A DNA stretch of 64,000 bases. Source: Candidatus Poribacteria bacterium. Lineage in GTDB: Bacteria; Poribacteria; WGA-4E; PCPOR2b. The DNA lies in contig OZ244587.1 of the NCBI GenBank assembly GCA_965218095.1, forward strand, positions 2,112,001-2,176,000, written 5' to 3'. Numbering within the stretch: the first letter of the stretch is position 1; every line of letters starts with the position of its first letter. The position numbers and the translations under genes were made by a program. Below, piece after piece: positions 59,367 to 64,000 of this stretch. The notes under the pieces were generated by a model. That model did no database searches and was not told the origin of the DNA. It worked only from the letters and a program-made list of their open reading frames with translations.

Positions 59367-62300
59367 TCACTCACTAAGCGAGATGAGATAATCCCTGACA
59401 AAGCGAATCTGCTTTTCGGCGTCATTATCCGCGAAGCCTTCTACAGCCTGATACTCCCCACCAATCTTGGGCCAATTTTGAGGCATCGCTGTTCCCGGTT
59501 GGAAGGTTTGCGGATCTTTCAGCCATTCAATGACCCAATCCGCTTTGAGACGGTGTTTGGCTAAGGCAAGATCTGGACGCCCTGTCTTATCACTACCTGG
59601 GGGAATAACTTCGCCTTGTTCTGGATGACAGGAGATGCATTGAAGCGCATCAAAAATCTGTTTGCCAACACTGAGCTGCGTTTGATCCGGCGGTTGCAAA
59701 GCTATCGTTTCATACGGGAATGGCTCATCCGAAAGCGCCGAGAAATATTTAACAAGGGCAGTAGCATCATCATCCACCAGACCAAAAGTCGGCATCCGAA
59801 CCTCAAGCCCATAGCGAATCGGGGTTGGACCTTTCAAAAACTCGAACAGCCAATCCGGGTAAACCTTCGCGCCTTGCGCTTGCAGGGTCGGCGGGGCCAA
59901 ACGTTGCGCATTAGTCAGATCGAGTTCCTTATTGGCAGCAACGACGTTAACAAAATCGCCGCCCTTCCCTTCGATTTGATGGCATCCTGTACAATTGAAT
60001 TTCTTGACCAACCGTTGTCCAGCATCAATCTGGCTTGTCTTTTCACTCGGTTGGTGAATGTAACTGAGCGGGTATTTTTCGGGTTGGAAGCTCTTGATCA
60101 GAACGGCGAGTGCCCGCGCATCGTCCTCGTCAATTGGGAATATAGGCATCCGAGAGACGATGCGGCGCGTCTGGTACCTTCTTGGATTGGTGACCTTACC
60201 AATCGTCCACCCATGCCAACTGTGTTCAATATTTGTCGTATCCCCGAAGTCAAGTTCCTCAACGGTCTTTGCACCGAACTCACCGAGGTCCGCGCCGACC
60301 TTTGACTCATTTTCAAACCCCGGAATATTGTGGCAACCAAGGCAGCCGTAAGTCCGAACAAACTTTTCCCCCTCAGCCGGATCGATCTCCGCATCAGGAT
60401 ATTCTTGACCGGCGACAGGAGAGGTAATCGGCGCTTTCAGGCTCATCAAATAAGCCACAACGTTATCAACTTCGGAATCGGTCAGGCGAAGGCTCGGCAT
60501 AACCGTGTCAGGGTCATAAGACTTTGGATTACTGATCCACCGACGGAGAAAATTGGGAGTTACTTTACTGCCAACGCCCTCCAGCTTCGGTGCAAAATCA
60601 CTCCCTAATTCGCCCACAGCATGACATGCAAGACAGCCTACCGTTTTAACGGTTTCCTCACCCGCAGCAATTGCTTCGGGAGATGTCGAGAATGTCGCAT
60701 CAGCTTGATCGATTGTTGGATCTTTCATCTGCGCGAGGAACGCCGCGATGGATTTCACCTCGTCCACAATTTTGTCGATCGCACTGTCTTGATAAGGATA
60801 TGGGGTTCCATCGTCCTTTTGGAGTATGATACCGTCGACTGTCTTGGTAACGACCCCGGTGTGCTTATTTCCATTTTTAAGATAGACCATCTGGGTCAGT
60901 TTTTCGACGGGAAAGAAGGTTGGCATTTTGGTATCCGGCAAATAAGCCGCTGGTTTTTTGATCCAACCTTCAAGCCAGTCAACATTATTGACTTTGCTTC
61001 CAATTTTGGCAAGCGATGGACCAACTTTGTCTATATTCGCCAATGCGGAGTATCCTTCAACAGCGTGACAACCGTGACACCCTAAATCTTCAAAGAGCCC
61101 CATCCCTTTTGAGAGGTCGGGCGAATAATCGCGTGTCTCCCCAGTTTCTGGAGATGGATAGTCCAACATCATGACGCCATCATGGCAGCGACGACAATTG
61201 GATTGCATATATCCTCGGAATTCTTCTGACGCTTTGCCGGTATGTTCATCTAGTCCCAAAACCGGTGTCAGCCAAAATTCCTTATGAGTCAGCGCATGTG
61301 CAGATTTCTGGGTAAGGGCTTGTCCTTGTCCGCCGTGACATAGTACACAGCCGAATCGCTCGACAGGGTGTTTGGCGAGAAGCACATCTCGGTGAGGGTG
61401 TGTACGAAGTTCAGAGTCGTAGCCAGTTTCATACGTAATTTCGACCACATCAGCGTAAATGTCCGGATCATTAAAGGTGAATGTCCCATCGTCGCTCAAT
61501 TTATAACTACCTTCCTCCGCTTCCTCTTCATCAATCAGAACTATTTCGCCTCCAACCTTCACGAATGGATGCATCAATTGATAAGAGAGTTTGCTTTCTC
61601 CATCCCCTTCAACCGCCTCAAATGTCTCTTTAGCGGTTGCTTCATATCCACTTTTGTCCGTCGCAAAGTGGCAGGTTGCACATCGATCTGCCGTATAATC
61701 AAAATCCTGAATGTAGTATTGAACAAGCGATCGTGTTTTTGTGAACGGACTTTCGAGTAAGTCTCCAGCAATGGTTCGTTTAATACCACTTACAGAGTGA
61801 AGTTTTTCTTCGATTTTTGCAATAGCTACATGTTTCGCCTGATTGGCTTTAATCTCACCCACCTTTGCACGAAGCTCACTGGTTTTATCCGTCAACGCCG
61901 TGTCTGGTGGATTATATTTTTTGGCAAGTAGATATTCACCCAATGCTGCTTCAAGGTGCTCACTGGCCTCATACAACTCGGCTAACCCTCTATAAGCGCC
62001 AGAGAGTTTACGCTTGGCCTCCAACACAGCGTCAGTCAACTCTCCCTCAATCCGACTTTCACTTTCGTCCAACTTCCCTTTCCATTTTTCTGATTTCTCT
62101 TTTTCTTTATGATGCAGGGCATGTTGATATTTGTAGTTAATCGCGTCAGCCTCACTTTGCTCAAACTTGCGGTCTTGTAAGGCTTCATCAAGTTTTATCT
62201 TTGCTCTTGTGATTACGCTTCTCAATTTACCCTCTTGTTGTGGATCAATATCTTGAGGCTCTTGAATCTCAGGCAAATCCTTTTTTGCGTTTTCCATCTC

Positions 62301-62480
62301 GATTTTGGTCTTTTCGTATTCGTATTGATAAAACTTCCTTTGAATCTCCTTCCATGGTCGTCTTGCAACCGTTTCATCAAAAAACCCCCACAGGGTAACA
62401 AGCCCCAATAATCCGGAAAGGAGGAAAAATAGGGCTGAGTAAGATTTTTCTTCGACTGGGATTTCTTGTTTGCTCCTCAC
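59367..62480 (-). CDS. Membrane-anchored octaheme cytochrome c associated with the bc complex
   Basis: Eight CxxCH motifs (CATCH, CVLCH, CRRCH, CHGCH, CLACH, CLGCH, CTGCH, CISCH), N-terminal TM helix, coiled segment and repeated MP motifs. Confidence 0.88.
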   Translation of the reverse strand: MRSKQEIPVEEKSYSALFFLLSGLLGLVTLWGFFDETVARRPWKEIQRKFYQYEYEKTKIEMENAKKDLPEIQEPQDIDPQQEGKLRSVITRAKIKLDEALQDRKFEQSEADAINYKYQHALHHKEKEKSEKWKGKLDESESRIEGELTDAVLEAKRKLSGAYRGLAELYEASEHLEAALGEYLLAKKYNPPDTALTDKTSELRAKVGEIKANQAKHVAIAKIEEKLHSVSGIKRTIAGDLLESPFTKTRSLVQYYIQDFDYTADRCATCHFATDKSGYEATAKETFEAVEGDGESKLSYQLMHPFVKVGGEIVLIDEEEAEEGSYKLSDDGTFTFNDPDIYADVVEITYETGYDSELRTHPHRDVLLAKHPVERFGCVLCHGGQGQALTQKSAHALTHKEFWLTPVLGLDEHTGKASEEFRGYMQSNCRRCHDGVMMLDYPSPETGETRDYSPDLSKGMGLFEDLGCHGCHAVEGYSALANIDKVGPSLAKIGSKVNNVDWLEGWIKKPAAYLPDTKMPTFFPVEKLTQMVYLKNGNKHTGVVTKTVDGIILQKDDGTPYPYQDSAIDKIVDEVKSIAAFLAQMKDPTIDQADATFSTSPEAIAAGEETVKTVGCLACHAVGELGSDFAPKLEGVGSKVTPNFLRRWISNPKSYDPDTVMPSLRLTDSEVDNVVAYLMSLKAPITSPVAGQEYPDAEIDPAEGEKFVRTYGCLGCHNIPGFENESKVGADLGEFGAKTVEELDFGDTTNIEHSWHGWTIGKVTNPRRYQTRRIVSRMPIFPIDEDDARALAVLIKSFQPEKYPLSYIHQPSEKTSQIDAGQRLVKKFNCTGCHQIEGKGGDFVNVVAANKELDLTNAQRLAPPTLQAQGAKVYPDWLFEFLKGPTPIRYGLEVRMPTFGLVDDDATALVKYFSALSDEPFPYETIALQPPDQTQLSVGKQIFDALQCISCHPEQGEVIPPGSDKTGRPDLALAKHRLKADWVIEWLKDPQTFQPGTAMPQNWPKIGGEYQAVEGFADNDAEKQIRFVRDYLISLSE

Positions 62481-62542
62481 GACTTCTATTAACTCCTTAT
62501 CGTTAGCGTATAGATTTATGAGGCGATAAGCCTATATCCCTG

Positions 62543-63409
62543 TTAGATATTGAACCATGGTGTCACCCAGATGTATTTGATATTTCCTACCCATCGGAGA
62601 ATCATTTTGATCGGTAATGAAAGCATCGTTAAAAACAGAAATGAAGTGACAATGTATCGCACCAATCCAAGCTCTTGCAGAAACTTGCTTGTCTTTATCC
62701 TCCAAAAATAAAAGATGGGGCCTAAGGCAAAGTAACCCGCAACACAAACAAATCCAACGAAGGCAGCAGTTCGATCGTTTCGGATGCCCAATAAATAGGT
62801 CAAGTTGACATTCGTTAATGGGACAACTTTGTGCGGATCCCATTCTTTCCATGGGGCGAAAAAGTTCCAACCGGGACCTCTCAAAAAGGTGCCGACGACC
62901 ATCAGCGCAATCCATAACACGAAAAAGCCGAAACAGAAAGTTACAAGTGCAAATGGACGCTCTTTCAGCGTATAGTAGCCTTTTCCCTTGGGGTTAATGT
63001 CTATATAGGGAATAGCGATTAAGCCAGCAATAATCAGCCCCGGCAACACAACACCTGCAATCCACGGATCAAAGTAAACCAGCATTTCCTGTAATGCAAG
63101 GAAATACCAGGGGGCTTTAGAAGGGTTCGGAGTTTTCGTTGGATTACTCGGCTCCTCAAGCGGGGCGTCGATTGTAATCGACCATATCCCGAGAATCAAC
63201 ATCACAATAATTGCACAGAGAAATTCATTGCGACAAAGGTAGGGCCAAACGTAAACCTTATCTTTCAGAGCCGCTTCTGCTGGTGTGCCAGTGCGGTCAT
63301 TTCTGCGAGCTTGGCTAAATGCGAGCCATGTGAAAAATGGTAACAAAAATACAATCGCAATGATCGGGACATTATCCGGTTTTTTGATAAGTTCAAGAAA
63401 AGGTTCCAT
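62543..63409 (-). CDS. Cytochrome b subunit IV-like (PetD/QcrC-type), extended
   Basis: APLEEPSNP..TPNPSKAPWYFL (PEWY-equivalent), IPYID and RP; SD GGAGG. Confidence 0.85.
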   Translation of the reverse strand: MEPFLELIKKPDNVPIIAIVFLLPFFTWLAFSQARRNDRTGTPAEAALKDKVYVWPYLCRNEFLCAIIVMLILGIWSITIDAPLEEPSNPTKTPNPSKAPWYFLALQEMLVYFDPWIAGVVLPGLIIAGLIAIPYIDINPKGKGYYTLKERPFALVTFCFGFFVLWIALMVVGTFLRGPGWNFFAPWKEWDPHKVVPLTNVNLTYLLGIRNDRTAAFVGFVCVAGYFALGPIFYFWRIKTSKFLQELGLVRYIVTSFLFLTMLSLPIKMILRWVGNIKYIWVTPWFNI

Positions 63410-63575
63410 ACTTCACCTCCCAAAAAAGAATTCATCGGTTTATGAGTTCATTGTTGAACGCCAACTGAACCCCTGAACAACTGAACTTTCTTCATCAACC
63501 ATACTTCGAGCATGTCATATTATGGAGATTGAAAATTTAATTCGGTAAAACCGTATTCCTATCCATTATACACTT

Positions 63576-64000
63576 CTATAGTGGCCCAGAGATGCCCCCA
63601 TCCTTGCGGACACGCCAAAAGTGCAATGCCATCAACACGCTTGCTAAAAGTGGCACAGCGACACAATGCAGGATATAGAACCGTAATAACGTTGATGGGC
63701 CAACGATTGTCCCACCAAGTAGGGCAAAGCGTACATCATTCGATTGTGTGATAATCTCTTGTGGATGGAATGGCCCTTCATGTCCTAGGACCGGTGTGGC
63801 TCGCGCCATATTTGTTCCCACGGTGACCGCCCAAAATGCGAGTTGATCCCACGGGAGCAAATAACCGGTAAAACTCAGGAAGAAGGTGACAAGAAGGAGG
63901 ATAACCCCAACTGCCCAGTTAAATTCTCGCGGCTTTTTATAAGACCCCGTTAGGAAAACGCGAAACATATGAAGCATCACAGAGATGACCATGCCGTGGG
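63576..64000 (-). CDS. petB: Cytochrome b6-like N-terminal subunit (5' end outside window)
   Basis: [41 protein letters not shown] and [15 protein letters not shown]. Confidence 0.92.
   Translation of the reverse strand, partial: HGMVISVMLHMFRVFLTGSYKKPREFNWAVGVILLLVTFFLSFTGYLLPWDQLAFWAVTVGTNMARATPVLGHEGPFHPQEIITQSNDVRFALLGGTIVGPSTLLRFYILHCVAVPLLASVLMALHFWRVRKDGGISGPL

Noticed and set aside
59616-60305. 229-aa plus-strand ORF and other long antisense ORFs (e.g. 50275-50928, 11532-12125)
   Set aside because: They lie wholly opposite well-supported genes and show no recognisable motifs; treated as shadow ORFs.
1-64000. CRISPR array, tRNA or rRNA genes
   Set aside because: I saw no regularly spaced repeat-spacer units and no tRNA- or rRNA-like sequence; the repeats are dispersed palindromes. 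A covariance-model scan was not possible.

Overview
Bacterial genomic window of about 50% GC with no rRNA, tRNA or CRISPR array visible. The gene repertoire (several PhyH dioxygenases, Gfo/Idh/MocA oxidoreductases, a PQQ-like beta-propeller, a membrane-extended ECF sigma factor) resembles Candidatus Poribacteria or PVC-like bacteria; this is inference, not a marker-gene call. The left third (1-27 kb) holds a 5'-truncated AddB-like nuclease, a GH172/DUF2961 gene, a 1305-aa putative glycan-active protein, a catabolic oxidoreductase cluster, queG and many frameshifted or deletion-scarred genes. The rest (27-64 kb) is an almost entirely minus-strand respiratory supercluster. In transcription order it runs: split cytochrome b (petB/petD-like) plus an octaheme cytochrome c; an IS and a DUF262 gene; cytochrome c, a DAACS symporter and der; a Nitrospira/Nitrospina-like module (cupredoxin, CydA-like protein without CydB, three c-type cytochromes including one with an EbdC/DOMON-like domain, second cupredoxin); an ABC pair split by a 4-kb insert; an A1-type aa3 oxidase with maturation genes; and a USP-PCP_red-rubredoxin protein. 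The most notable items are the CydA-like module beside an aa3 oxidase, palindromic repeats inserted in frame in coding genes, a missed CoxF-like small ORF, a leaderless MerR gene with a TipA-like internal start, and an intact IS with an 8-bp target duplication.
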